DNA of 64,000 nucleotides from an uncultured Acidobacteriota bacterium (GCA_963804995.1 CAWDSK010000008.1:64001-128000), one strand, 5' to 3'. Positions 19,814 through 31,304 are shown, counted from the stretch's first letter. Made by a program: numbers and translations. The notes: generated by a model from the sequence alone, not told the origin.

Positions 19814-21453
19814 ATGATCCACCCGCGCGCCGGACTGCCCCCCGACCCTAAGCTGCTGGTCAACGTTCCCCGGCTCGTTACCGCCTACTACGCCGTCGAG
19901 CCTGACCCCACCGTGGCGGCGGAGCGCGTGGCCTTCGGGACCTCCGGGCATCGAGGATCTTCTTCTCGAGTTCCTTTAACGAAGCCCATATTCTTGCCAT
20001 CAGCCAGGCCATCGCAGACTATCGCCGCCAGCAGGGCATCGACGGCCCACTCTTCCTGGCCAAAGACACCCACGCCTTATCAGAGCCCGCTTTCGCCACG
20101 GCTCTGGAAGTTCTGGCGGCCAACGGCGTCACCGTGATGATCGATCAGGATGACGGCTACACGCCCACCCCTTCTTTATCCCATGCCATCCTGACATTTA
20201 ACCGGGGCCGTAAGACCGGGCTTGCCGATGGCATCGTGATTACGCCCTCGCACAATCCTCCTGAAGACGGCGGTTTCAAGTACAACCCTCCGCATGGAGG
20301 TCCGGCGGATACGGGCGTCACCCGCTGGATTGAGAATCGCGCCAACGCTTTCCTGGAACAGGGGCTGAGCGGCGTGGCACGAATTCCCTATGAAAAAGCC
20401 CTGAAGGCTTCAACCACTCGCCGCTACGACTTCGTGAGCGCCTACGTCAACGACCTCGGCGCCGTCGTGGATATGTCCGCCGTCAGCGGCGCGAAACTCA
20501 AGCTGGGTGTGGACCCCCTGGGCGGGGCGGGAGTGGCCTACTGGGGACGCATCAGCGAGCGCTACGGTTTCCCCCTGACGGTTGTGAGCGACGCCGTCGA
20601 CCCCACCTTCCGCTTCATGACTTTGGACTGGGACGGCAAGATCCGCATGGACTGTTCCTCGCCCTACGCCATGGCCCGGCTGATCGCGTTGAAGGACCAG
20701 TTTGACGTGGCTTTTGCCTGCGACACGGACCACGACCGGCATGGGATTGTGGCTCGCAGCGCGGGATTACTGAATCCCAATCACTACCTGGCCGTAGCCA
20801 TTTCTTACCTCTTCGGAAATCGACCCGGCTGGCCCGCAAATGCGGCGGTGGGCAAGACGCTGGTGAGCAGCAGTATGATCGACCGCGTCGCGAAACACCT
20901 GGGGCGAAAATTGCTTGAGGTGCCGGTGGGTTTTAAGTGGTTTGTTGATGGCCTGCTTGACGGAACCCTCGGATTTGGCGGCGAAGAGAGCGCTGGGGCC
21001 GCCTTCCTGCGGCGCGATGGCAGTGTGTGGACTACCGACAAAGATGGTTTGATCATGGGCCTGCTGGCGGCGGAGATGACTGCCCGCACCGGCCGCGACC
21101 CCGGGGAACTATACCGCGACCTGACCCGGCAATTCGGCGATCCCGTCTATGAGCGCATCGATGCTCCGGCCACCCCTGAGCAGAAATCCGTCTTGCAGAA
21201 GCTCGCGCCCACCCAGATGCCGGCCACGGAGCTGGCGGGGGAAAAAATTGAGTCCATGCTGACGGTAGCCCCCGGCAATTCCCAACCGATTGGCGGCCTG
21301 AAAGTGGTGGCTGCTAATGGATGGTTCGCGGCTCGTCCCTCCGGCACCGAGGACGTTTATAAGATCTACGCTGAGAGTTTTCTGGGCCTCGACCACCTGC
21401 GCAGGATTCAGGCGGAGGCGAAGGGAATCATCGACCACCTGCTGGTGTCTTGA
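19814..21453 (+). CDS. pgm: Phosphoglucomutase (apparent frameshift at about 19965, probably a sequencing error)
   Basis: [10 protein letters not shown] in one frame continues as [14 protein letters not shown]...TPSHNPP...DTDHDRH...GEESAG...ARPSGTE in another. Confidence 0.92.
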
Positions 21454-21481
21454 ATCAGAAATCCGTTGATGCGCCAGCCGG

Positions 21482-21802
21482 CTTGTCTGGTAGCGCGGTC
21501 CCCCGTATTTGGGGTCCGCGGCACTTCGTACCCACAATCCCCCAATACGGGCGGCCGCTTCGCCTCGCTGCATTTGCTCAATTGGCATAGGAAGAACCGC
21601 GGACCTCAACCACGGAGGTCCGCGCTACGCTGGCTCGTAGGGGCACCCTTGTCTGGTAGCGCGGTCCCCCGTATTTGGGGTCCCGCGGCACTTCGTACCC
21701 ACGATCCCCCAACACGGGCGGCCGCTTCGCCTCGCTGCATTTGCTCAATTGGCATAGGAAGAACCGCGGACCTCAACAACGGAGGTCCGCGCTACGCTGG
21801 CT
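21482..21802. repeat. Two near-identical GTAG-type REPINs in tandem (period 166 bp)
   Basis: Copies at 21482-21635 and 21648-21802. Confidence 0.9.
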
Positions 21803-21941
21803 ATGAATGGAAATTAACTCCGCCCTCTTTCGCCGTGGCGACCGAGAGCTAAGAATTTAATTCGGCGCCCTACGGGCGATTTTGAGTTTTGCCTTTTGCC
21901 TTTTGCCTTGTCCTTGCGGCCCCGCCGCGTTGCGTTCCCCC

Positions 21942-22661
21942 CTACCCACCTTCCCGCCTTTGGCAAAGGGCGTAATGCGCGGGGGCAGAGTAGTTGACGA
22001 TGCCTGGGGCGAGCAGCAGGTTGAGAAGGATCTTAGGCAGGCGGCCCCCGTACTTGAAGCGGATGAACTCTTCGGTCAGAAGCTGGACGTTCGCGAAGCG
22101 CTCCGCGAGCAGCTTGCCGAGTTCATTCCTTTCAAATCCCGCGTGGGCGCCCAACTCATTGCGAAACTTCCCCTGCGCCCGAGCTTTCCAGTCCGTCAGG
22201 TTCCAGGTTATCTTCTGCCAGGTGGTGGCATCGGCGGAGCCCAAATATCCGACCGCGCGCGACCGGTTGGGAACCCCCACGTAGAACCAGCCGCCCGGCC
22301 GCAGGACTCGCCGGACTTCGTCCAAGGCCCGACCGGCATCTCCGACGTGTTCAAGGGAATGGAAGGCCGCCACGAAATCGAAAACGCCGGAAGGGAAGGG
22401 GAGGCGTTGCGCGTCGGCGCGGAAGAGGCAGCGCTCCGCGCGGGCCGCCGGCGAAAACCGGTCAGCAATATCCAGCCCGAATACCCGGTGGCTCGCGAAG
22501 GCGCGCCGCAAGTAAACGGCCTCATTCCCGTTCCCGCACCCGACCACCAAGCCCCACAACAACTCGTGCGCCGGGAGACGCTCACCCAGCAACCGGCCGC
22601 CGTGGTGCACCATGTCGGCTACGGGAATTTCCTCGGGACTTGACAGCTTACTGTCGATCAT
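21942..22661 (-). CDS. Class I SAM-dependent methyltransferase
   Basis: LVVGCGNG, ADAQRLPFPSGVFD, SLEHV, RVLRPGG. Confidence 0.88.
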   Translation of the reverse strand: MIDSKLSSPEEIPVADMVHHGGRLLGERLPAHELLWGLVVGCGNGNEAVYLRRAFASHRVFGLDIADRFSPAARAERCLFRADAQRLPFPSGVFDFVAAFHSLEHVGDAGRALDEVRRVLRPGGWFYVGVPNRSRAVGYLGSADATTWQKITWNLTDWKARAQGKFRNELGAHAGFERNELGKLLAERFANVQLLTEEFIRFKYGGRLPKILLNLLLAPGIVNYSAPAHYALCQRREGG

Positions 22662-22836
22662 GGGCTAAGTCGCGGATCTCTCCCTTCGAGAGGGCCGGTT
22701 TCTGCCGCCGTCAAAATGGCCAAGCCCCGACCGGCGGCGCATCGCTCAACGGTCTAACCCCGAGCTCACCCCTGCGCCCGTGACGGGGTTGCCAGACTAC
22801 AAATCTTACTTCAAAAATCCATGTCCGTCATGCTTC

Positions 22837-22946
22837 GGTAGCGGTGCAGGTTGATGTAGAGGCGGCGGCATACATCCCGATCTAATCGGGACGCTGCCAT
22901 ATGGCGAGGTAAACTCGCCGCTACACCATGAAACTGCACCACTACC
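22837..22946. mobile_element. MITE (IS256-like ends) enclosing a REP doublet
   Basis: TIRs GGTAGCGGTGCAGGTT / AAACTGCACCACTACC; flanking 8-bp direct repeat (C/T)ATGCTTC; related copy at 60383. Confidence 0.7.
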
Positions 22947-23278
22947 TATGCTTCCCTCAGTAAATTGAAGTTTTAGGGGGGCAGCGCGAGGCTCGGGCGA
23001 AGTCTCGACTTGGGGCAGGGAAGGGCTGCGAGTTTTGCACAGCTACGTCTGATAATGTTTTTGTCGTGGGATTGCGAGTTAACATAATGTGATTTGCACA
23101 AAACGCACCGAGATTTCCACACATCTCAACCTGCGCTTTCCTTTTCTTCACGTAACATGCTGAACAATATGGGCGAAAATGATCTGCTGCGAATCGGGTA
23201 GGCTGAGGAAAAAGCCCTAATTTTGGCAAACACCGGTGCTAAAGGGAACACCACACAGACGCCAGAGGTGGCACGGTA

Positions 23279-23398
23279 ACTACCCCGTCGCCTCCGGCGC
23301 CACCGTAACCACCCCGGCGCTCGGAGCGCCACCCCTCCTAATTTAGGAGGGGAGTTTTTCCGGAACTCCCCGCCTCAGATGAGGAGGGGTGGCGCGCC
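23279..23398. repeat. CCCCTCCT...AGGAGGGG palindromic repeat family
   Basis: CACCCCTCCTAATTTAGGAGGGGAG...CTCCCCGCCTCAGATGAGGAGGGGTGG; partial copy at about 51215-51244. Confidence 0.7.
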
Positions 23399-23537
23399 AT
23401 GCCCCGATAACGCGTTCTTTCCAAATTGATCATCGGGGCCGAGCGCCGGGGTGGTGCTGACTGCGTTTTTTCTCTTCCCGCCGGCGGGCGCGTGTGCTAA
23501 CTTTATGCCTTGTCGGCGCGTCGACATTGGCCATCGA

Positions 23538-24283
23538 ATGCCTCTGCGGGAAACAGAAGCCATCGTCCTCAGAACCTACCGCCTGAGTGAAGCAGACAAG
23601 ATAGCTTCGCTTTTCACCCGACAACTCGGTCGGCTGAGGGCTGTGGCCCGGGGAGCCCAGCGCCCCAAAAGCCGTTACGGCGGCACGCTCGAACCCTTAA
23701 GCCATGTGCGGCTCTGGATTTTCGAGCGCGAGAATCGGGACCTGCTCCACCTGAATTCCGTGGAACTCCTGGAGTCCTTCTTCGATATGCAGAAGGATTA
23801 CCGGGTGCAACTGGCGGCGAATTTCCTGGCGGAAGTGGCTGAGCATCTCCTCCCCGAGCGCGAGGTGAACGAGCGCGCCTTCCGCCTGCTTTTGGCTGTG
23901 CTCCGGGCCCTGAAACAATCGGGGGAAGTCAACCGGCCGCTGCTCTATTTCGATTACTGGATTCTGCGGCTGGGTGGGGTCCTGCCCGATCTCGTCACCT
24001 GCTCCGCCTGCGGGCGAGAGCTGGGGAAGAAGGCGGCTCCTTCGGGGCGGGTTCAGAAGGCCTGTTGTGCCGTGAGTGCCGCGTGCCGGGTGCGAACCAA
24101 AGGGTTTCCGGCACAGCCCTTGCCATGGTCCGAGGTGTTTGCCAGGCCCCCCTCGACCGGTGGCTGGCCCAGGAAAAAGCCCCTCCCGGATGCCGAGAGG
24201 CCCGGCGGTTTTTTGAAGCCGTCATCGAAAGCCACTTGGAACGGAAATTAATTACGCGGGCGATGATGGAGGAGGAAGTTTGA
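23538..24283 (+). CDS. recO: DNA repair protein RecO (apparent frameshift in the G run at about 24023-24026)
   Basis: EAIVLR.Y.LSEADKI..LFTR..G..RAVARGA.RPKSR. The Zn finger CSAC...CREC is split across frames. Confidence 0.9.
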
Positions 24284-24330
24284 GGGAGGAGCGAGGAAGG
24301 AGCTAGAAGCTAGGAGTTAGGAGCGAGAAG

Positions 24331-24541
24331 CTAGTGTGGTGTCCCGTGCTAGAGTTGACAATGGGTAGAACCCCCTCACCCGTCTGGCCTCGGCTGATGA
24401 GAACGCCTCGGCCAGCCACCCTCTCCCCCAAAGGGGCGAGGGCAAGAGAATTAACTCTCCCCTCGCCCCTTTGGGGGAGAGGGGCTGGGGGGTGAGGGGG
24501 TCGGACAGCCTTGTCAAATATTAACCGGGACACCACACTGG
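24331..24541. mobile_element. MITE (IS630-like ends at CTAG) enclosing a CCCCCTCACCC...GGGTGAGGGGG repeat, itself inside a heptamer-repeat palindrome
   Basis: CTAGTGTGGTGTCCCG / CGGGACACCACACTGG; flanked by AGGAGCT-type heptamers (24284-24330) and their inverse (24542-24581). Confidence 0.7.
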
Positions 24542-24603
24542 CTTCTTGCACTTAGCTCCTAGCTTCTAACTCCTGGCTCCTACCAAGCCAAAGGATATTC
24601 ACC

Positions 24604-25602
24604 GTGCCAGTTCGAAAAGCATCCAAAAATTCGAATGGGGTTACTGGCCCCCTGAACTTCCAGGACATGCTCTTCCGTCTCAGCGCGTACTGGGCGGAAC
24701 AAGGCTGCGTCATCGCCTTGCCCTACGATGTGGAGGTGGGGGCGGGTACCATGTGCCCGGAAACATTTCTGCGCGTCCTGGGGCCTGAGCCCTGGCGGGT
24801 AGCGTACCTCCAGCCTTCTCGCCGCCCCGCCGACGGCCGTTACGGGGAGAATCCCAACCGCTTGCTCAAGCATACCCAGATGCAGGTCATCCTGAAACCA
24901 CCGCCCGAGGATATCCAGGCCAAATACCTCGAGAGCCTGGGCGCGATTGGAATCGACATTCGCCACCACGACATCCGGTTTGAAGAAGACAACTGGGAAG
25001 CCCCCACACTGGGCGCCTGGGGCATCGGCTGGCAGGTCATGCTCGACGGGCTGGAGATTACCCAGTTCACCTACTTCCAGCAGTCGGGCGGGGTAGACCT
25101 TGAACCCATCAGCGTGGAGCTGACGTACGGTCTTGAGCGCATCGCCGCCTTCCTCCAGAACGTTGAGGACGTTTACCATGTGCGCTGGAACGATACGGTC
25201 ACCTATGGCGACATGCGGCGCCAGGAAGAGTTGCAGTTTTCCGTCTATGACTTCGAAGCCGCGGACCCGGAGGTTTGCCGGAAGCTGCTGGACCTGTACG
25301 AGGGTGAGGCGGCGCGTTTGCTGCGGGAGTATCCGCGGAATCCCATGTCTGGTAACCACGAAATAAACAAACAAGATGTGGGAGCTATCTTAAGTAATGC
25401 TTTAAGCCGGAAGCGTTACCCGGTGCGGAAGGTTTATGACTTGACGCTGAAGTGCTCGCACCTGTTTAACATCCTCGACGCGCGCGGCGCGATCAGTGTG
25501 ACGGAGCGGGTGGGGCTGATAGCGCGCGTCCGCAAGCTGGCTTGTGAGGTGGCGGCCCTCTACCTTGACCAGCAAGCGCCCGCGGAGGTGCAGCCGGCAT
25601 GA
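24604..25602 (+). CDS. glyQ: Glycine--tRNA ligase alpha subunit
   Basis: [70 protein letters not shown]. Confidence 0.97.
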   Translation: MPVRKASKNSNGVTGPLNFQDMLFRLSAYWAEQGCVIALPYDVEVGAGTMCPETFLRVLGPEPWRVAYLQPSRRPADGRYGENPNRLLKHTQMQVILKPPPEDIQAKYLESLGAIGIDIRHHDIRFEEDNWEAPTLGAWGIGWQVMLDGLEITQFTYFQQSGGVDLEPISVELTYGLERIAAFLQNVEDVYHVRWNDTVTYGDMRRQEELQFSVYDFEAADPEVCRKLLDLYEGEAARLLREYPRNPMSGNHEINKQDVGAILSNALSRKRYPVRKVYDLTLKCSHLFNILDARGAISVTERVGLIARVRKLACEVAALYLDQQAPAEVQPA

Positions 25603-27946
25603 CGGACGAATCGCAAGCCCCGAAACTCGAAATTCGAAACTCGAAATTCGAAACTGGAAGCTCGGTGGTTGTAGAGGAGGAGTCGGCAATCGACAATCGT
25701 CAATCGGCAATTACCGAAGAACGCCCCTCCGCTATCGTCAGTCGGATATCACCCTTCTCCTTGCCGTTATTGCTCGAGTCGGCTGCGAGGAGATTCCGGC
25801 GCGCTTCCTGCACGAGGCGGAATTGGCTCTGGGGGAGCGGGTGCTCGAGGCGCTCCGCGAGGCTCGGCTGTTGCCTGAGGCAACTAAAATGGCGGATGGC
25901 GACGTGTCCCAATCTGATCGGGACCTGTCCCGATCTGATCGGGAAGCGCCCCTACAAACGTATTCAACTCCGCGGCGGTTGGTGGTTTACGTCCCCGTAG
26001 TGCTGGCTCAGCAGCCTGATAAAGTAGAAGAAATCCTGGGGCCGCCTGTGAAAGTGGCCATTGATGCGGAAGGGAAGTACACCCGCGCGGCAGAGAGTTT
26101 CGCCCAGAAAAACGGAACTCGCTTAGAGGACTTGGCCCGAGCTAGCACGCCCAAAGGGGAATATCTGGCGCTGAGTAAAACCACCCAGGGACGCCCTGCG
26201 CGCGAGATCTTGTCGGAAATTTTGCCCGCCAGTATCCTCGGCTTGACCTTTCCCAAGAGCATGTATTGGAGGGAGAAATTGGGGCCGCGCTTCGTGCGGC
26301 CGATCCGCTGGGTGCTGGCAATTCTGGGAGAAGGGAAGCGGGCCCACACCGTCGACTTCGAAATCCTGGGCATTAAGTCGGGAAACCTTAGCTTCGGCCA
26401 CCGGGCATCCAGCCCTCGCGCGCTGCCTATCAGAGACTTCAAGGATTACTTGAAGAAACTCGGCCAAGCGCGTGTGGAGATTAACCCCCAGTTGCGCCGT
26501 GAGCGTGTCTTGCTGGAAACTCAGGTCCTGGTTGAAACGGCCGGTCTCAAGACCGTGCCTGACGAAGGGTTGATGGATTGGATTGTCAATTCCACCGAGT
26601 GGCCTCGCCCCATGGTCGGGAACTTTGATGAGCGCTTCCTCCACTTGCCGCGTGAAATCCTGATCACCGTGATGCGCGATCACCAGAAATACTTTGCCGT
26701 GGAGGACCAGCAGGGAAACCTGCGGCCGCATTTCGTGGCAGTCCTCAACATGGATTCCGACGCCAAGGGGTTAATCCGCCAAGGCCATCAGCGTGTGCTT
26801 ACTGCCCGCTTCCGGGATGCGGAGTTCTTCTGGAACGCCGACCAGGGCGTGCCCTTGAGCGCTCGCGTGCCGCGGCTGGATCGGGTCACCTACCAGGCTC
26901 AACTGGGCAGCTACGGCGACAAGATTCGCCGTATGAAGGCCATCGCCGAGCACCTCGCAGGCGTCCTCGAAGCGCAGGGAGGGTTGGCTGCCGGTCAGCG
27001 CGACGTCATACTGCGGGCCGTGGAACTCTCGAAGTGCGATCTGACCACGCAGATGGTGCAGGAATTCACGGAACTGCAAGGCATTGTCGGCGGGCTCTAC
27101 GCAAAAGCTCAAGGAGAACTTGAAGGTGTGGCCACGGCGATTTACGACCACTACCTGCCGCTGGGGGCGGAAGGGGAGTCACCCCGCACGCTCGTGGGCG
27201 CCTTGGTTTCGGTGGTCGACAAACTGGACAGTGTGGTCGCGGGCTTTGCCGTGGGGCATGAACCCACGGGATCGAGCGATCCCTTTGCCTTGCGGCGCCA
27301 AGCCAACGGTATAGTTAAAGTATTACTTGAATATTCTCTGCCGATTGATTTGCAAGAAGCCGTTAATCAGGCCCTTGATGTGCTGGAGATTCAGTGGCGA
27401 AAGCCCCGCCCGGAAGTTTCGGCGCGGGTGCTTGACTTTATTGCCGACCGGCTCCGGTATTATTTCGAGGCTGTCCGCGGCTTCCGCTACGACACGGTAC
27501 GCGCGGTACTGGCGGCGGGTGCCGAGAGGCCGGGAGATTGCTTGGCCCGCCTCGAAGCCATGGAAGCCCTGCGCGGCGGGGAGGACTTCGAAGCGCTCTC
27601 GGCAGCCGCCAAGCGCATTAGGAACATCCTGGCGAAGTCGGCGAGCGCGGCGGATTGGCAGCCGGGAGAAGTCGAAGTGGCGCAATTGCACGAGGCGCAG
27701 GAGAAGGAACTCTACGAGGCCTACACAAGGATCGCAGCCGAAGCCGGTCGACTGAGCCAGGTGCATGACTACCGTGGCGCGCTTGAGGCCATCTCTACGC
27801 TCCGTCCGGCGGTCGACCGGTTTTTCGACAAAGTGCTGGTCATGGCGGAAGACCGCGAGATTCGCCGGAACCGGCTGCGCTTGCTGAGTAAGCTGGATGA
27901 ACTGTTTTCCGGCATCGCGCACTTTGCGGAGATAGAAGGGCAGTGA
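25599..27946 (+). CDS. glyS: Glycine--tRNA ligase beta subunit (apparent 1-nt deletion at about 25778)
   Basis: [51 protein letters not shown] overlaps the glyQ stop. Confidence 0.95.
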
Positions 27947-28362
27947 CAGAAGGGATTGATTCATCGGCTCATTGCTTCATCGGATCATTGACGGGGACGT
28001 ATCGAGAGTTGGCCAAGGATTTAATTGTTGTGGGGGATTTAGCTAGCCCGTTACTTGCCGCTCTTCATTCTTCTTGAATGTCGGCGCGTCGACATAGTAA
28101 AAAACGTCACGCTCTGCACTCAGTTGCTTGTTGTAAAAACCCCGGAAATGGGCCAGAATCTTGGGCTCATTCTGTGCTGGCTACCCTCTCCACAATAGGG
28201 ATTATGGGCGGCTATGAACTCTTATGAGGGGAATTGAAGGGATGTAAAGGACCACGGACGAGGGACCGCTGGCATCCAAATAAACTTGAACTTTCAACCT
28301 TTAACTTTGAACCAAAATCTGCAAACTGAATTCTGAGAACCAACAATTCGAAAGGAGCAATC

Positions 28363-31068
28363 ATGGAGAAGTACGTTTATTTTTTTGGAGGCGGGAAAGC
28401 TGATGGCCACGGGGCCATGAAGGATGTTCTGGGAGGAAAAGGTGCGGGCCTGGCGGAAATGACCAACGCCGGTTTGCCGGTTCCTCCGGGATTCACCATT
28501 GTGACTTCTGCTTGCCGCCTTTATTTCCAGAATAACAATCAGACCCCCGCTGACATTCTCACCCAGAAGGACGAGGCGCTCGCGAAGCTCGAGGCGCTGC
28601 TCGGGCAGAAGTTGGGTAACCCGAACAACCCCTTGCTGGTTTCCGTGCGCTCCGGCGCCAAGTTTTCCATGCCCGGCATGATGGATACCATCCTGAACCT
28701 GGGTATGAACGACGCCGTCGTCGAGGTGATTGCGCGCAAGACCGGCAATCCGCGCTTTGCCTACGACAGCTATCGGCGCTTCATCCAGATGTTCGGCAAC
28801 GTGGTGATGGAAATTCCCAAGGACAAGTTCGAGCACGTCTTCGACGGCCAGAAGAAGAAAAAGAAGATCAAGCTCGACACGGATCTCACCGCCCAGGATC
28901 TGCAGCAGGTCATCGCGGACTACAAGAAAGTGGTTCGCAAGAAAGCCGGCAAAGACTTCCCGCAGGACCCGCAAGTGCAGCTCAACATGGCGATCGAGGC
29001 CGTGTTCCGCTCCTGGTACAACCCCCGCGCGCATACCTATCGCCGCATGAACAAGATTTCTGACGATCTGGGAACGGCCGTGAACGTCCAGACCATGGTC
29101 TTCGGCAATATGGGAGAGACCTCCGGCACGGGCGTGGGCTTTACGCGTGACCCGGCCACGGGCGCCAAGGAGTTCTACGGCGAGTTCCTGATGAATGCCC
29201 AGGGCGAAGACGTGGTGGCGGGCGTACGCACCCCGGTGCCGATCAAGGAACTGGAAAAGATCATGCCGGAGGTTTATAACCAGCTCCGTGAAATCACCAC
29301 TCGCCTCGAGAAGCATTACAAAGACGTGCAGGATTTTGAGTTCACCATTCAGGAAGGCAAGCTCTACATGCTTCAGACCCGCAACGGCAAGCGTACCGGG
29401 CCTGCGGCGGTGCGGATCGCCGTGGAGATGGTCAAAGAGGGCCTGCTGACTCCCAAGGAAGCCATTCTGCGCGTTGAGCCCGAGCAGTTGAACCAGTTGT
29501 TGCACCCGGTGCTGGATGAGTCGAAACCCCTGAAGACCATTGCCCGAGGCCTGCCGGCTTCACCCGGAGCGGCCGTGGGACGCGTGGTATTTACGGCGGA
29601 CGAGGCCGTGGTGGCGGGGAAGTCCGGTCCCGTGGTATTAGTGCGCGGCGAGACCGTGCCGGATGATATTCATGGTATGGAAGTGGCCGTAGGCATTCTC
29701 ACCTCCCGCGGCGGCATGACTTCGCACGCGGCCGTGGTAACGCGCGGCATGGGCAAACCCTGTGTGGCGGGCTGCGGTGAGGTCGAAGTGGACGAGAAAT
29801 CCCGGCAGATCAAAGTTGGCACTCTGGTCATCAAGGATGGCGACTGGATTTCGCTTGATGGTTCAACGGGCCGCGTGATTCTGGGCAAAACGAATCTGGT
29901 GGAGCCTGATCCGCACAGCGGCGTCTTTGCCGAGTTCATGAAGTGGGCTGACGAATTTCGCGAGCTGGGTGTGCGCGCCAATGCGGACATCCCGCGCGAC
30001 GCCACCGTCGCCCGGCGCTTTGGAGCGGAAGGCATCGGCCTGTGCCGCACTGAGCATATGTTCTTCGCCAAGGATCGGCTGCCGCACGTGCAGCGCATGA
30101 TCATGGCTTGCAAGGAGACTCAGGACCCGAAGGAAGCGGCCAAATACGAAAAGGAACGTCGCGCCGCGCTCCTGAAGATCCTGCCCATGCAGCGCCAGGA
30201 CTTCTTCGGGCTCTTCAAGGCCATGGACGGGTTGCCGGTCACCATCCGCACGCTCGACCCGCCGCTGCACGAGTTCCTGCCCAAGCGGGAAGAGTTGATG
30301 GTGGAGATTGCGACGCTCGAAGCGACCAAGAAGCGGAGCCCTAAGCTCCCTGGACTCAGGAAGCTACTGGAAGTAGTTGAAGGATTACATGAATTCAATC
30401 CCATGCTGGGGTTGCGCGGTTGCCGGCTGGGCATCATGTATCCCGAGATTACGGAGATGCAGGCGCGCGCCATCTTCGAAGCGGCCTGCGATTGCAAGAA
30501 AAAGGGAATTGAAGCAAAGCCTGAAGTTATGATTCCTCTGGTGGGTGATGTAAAGGAGTTGCAGGCGCAGAAGGAGATCGTGAACCGCGTCGCCGCCGAG
30601 GTATTTGCGAAGAAGGGCGTCAAGGTTGAGTATCTGGTGGGGACGATGATCGAGCTCCCGGCCGCGGCTCTGTCGGCGGGTGAGATCGCCCAGGAAGCGG
30701 AGTTCTTCAGCTTCGGCACCAACGATCTGACGCAGACCACTTTCGGAATATCGCGCGACGACTGCGCCAAGATCATCAAGGCTTACGTCAACTTGAAGAT
30801 CTGGCCGGCGGACCCGTTCGCGGTGCTCGACCCGAAGCGTGTGGGGAGGCTGCTGAAGCTCGCCACCAAGGAAGGCCGCGAAGCCCGCGAAAAGTTGAAG
30901 GTGGGAATCTGCGGCGAACACGGCGGCGATCCCTCGTCCATCGAGGTTTGCGCCGAGGCGGGTTTGAATTACGTAAGCTGCTCGCCTTACCGCGTGCCGA
31001 TCGCACGGCTCGCGGCCGCCCAAGCCGCCGTGAAGAAACAGATGGGGAAGGCTTACACCACGGCTTAA
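28363..31068 (+). CDS. ppdK: Pyruvate, phosphate dikinase
   Basis: LGGKGAGLAEM, SVRSGAKFSMPGMMDT, GGMTSHAAVV, GLCRTEHMF, FSFGTNDLTQ; RBS AAGGAG. Confidence 0.98.
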   Translation: MEKYVYFFGGGKADGHGAMKDVLGGKGAGLAEMTNAGLPVPPGFTIVTSACRLYFQNNNQTPADILTQKDEALAKLEALLGQKLGNPNNPLLVSVRSGAKFSMPGMMDTILNLGMNDAVVEVIARKTGNPRFAYDSYRRFIQMFGNVVMEIPKDKFEHVFDGQKKKKKIKLDTDLTAQDLQQVIADYKKVVRKKAGKDFPQDPQVQLNMAIEAVFRSWYNPRAHTYRRMNKISDDLGTAVNVQTMVFGNMGETSGTGVGFTRDPATGAKEFYGEFLMNAQGEDVVAGVRTPVPIKELEKIMPEVYNQLREITTRLEKHYKDVQDFEFTIQEGKLYMLQTRNGKRTGPAAVRIAVEMVKEGLLTPKEAILRVEPEQLNQLLHPVLDESKPLKTIARGLPASPGAAVGRVVFTADEAVVAGKSGPVVLVRGETVPDDIHGMEVAVGILTSRGGMTSHAAVVTRGMGKPCVAGCGEVEVDEKSRQIKVGTLVIKDGDWISLDGSTGRVILGKTNLVEPDPHSGVFAEFMKWADEFRELGVRANADIPRDATVARRFGAEGIGLCRTEHMFFAKDRLPHVQRMIMACKETQDPKEAAKYEKERRAALLKILPMQRQDFFGLFKAMDGLPVTIRTLDPPLHEFLPKREELMVEIATLEATKKRSPKLPGLRKLLEVVEGLHEFNPMLGLRGCRLGIMYPEITEMQARAIFEAACDCKKKGIEAKPEVMIPLVGDVKELQAQKEIVNRVAAEVFAKKGVKVEYLVGTMIELPAAALSAGEIAQEAEFFSFGTNDLTQTTFGISRDDCAKIIKAYVNLKIWPADPFAVLDPKRVGRLLKLATKEGREAREKLKVGICGEHGGDPSSIEVCAEAGLNYVSCSPYRVPIARLAAAQAAVKKQMGKAYTTA

Positions 31069-31182
31069 GCGGGTTCTAGGTGCTGGGGGCTGGGGACTGG
31101 CTCCAGCCCTCCCCTCTTCGGTGTTTCGAGTAGGGCAGGTGAGCGCCATCCAGACTTAAAGTAATACTTTAACTGTTTCTCT

Positions 31183-31222
31183 AAGGCCACGGACTCTACG
31201 GAGGTTCGTGGCCTTTTCTTTT
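31183..31222 (+). terminator. Rho-independent terminator after ppdK
   Basis: AAGGCCACGGAC...GTTCGTGGCCTT stem followed by TTCTTTT. Confidence 0.75.
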
Positions 31223-31232
31223 GCCGATTACT

Positions 31233-31304
31233 CACCGCAGAGACGCAGAGGCGAAGAGGTTTGAATGTGTAAATATCTTCTCTGCGTCTCAGCGTCTCCG
31301 CGGT
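31233..31304. repeat. CACCGCAGAGACGCAGAG...CTCTGCGTCTC..CGCGGT palindromic element
   Basis: Same family as the core of the 6289-6416 MITE. Confidence 0.75.

Noticed and set aside
21466..21852. 128-aa ORF after pgm (also 4948-5199 and 8251-8485)
   Set aside because: Composed almost entirely of REP repeat sequence.
24390..24420. Hammerhead ribozyme (CTGATGA)
   Set aside because: No stem II followed by GAAA and no cleavage triplet; the related copy near 5088 lacks the core.
19960..25780. Programmed frameshifting or true pseudogenes in pgm, recO, glyS
   Set aside because: No slippery heptamers; glyS is normally essential; the breaks fit homopolymer or CTCGAG-linked read errors.
28177..28189. 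13-nt complementarity between the candidate sRNA (8640-8652) and the ppdK leader
   Set aside because: A single 13-mer match is plausible by chance in 64 kb, and it lies far from the RBS.
28294..31149. Long antisense ORFs over ppdK (similarly over lptFG, the M13 peptidase and ctpA)
   Set aside because: Shadow ORFs expected from GC-rich codon bias opposite well-supported genes.
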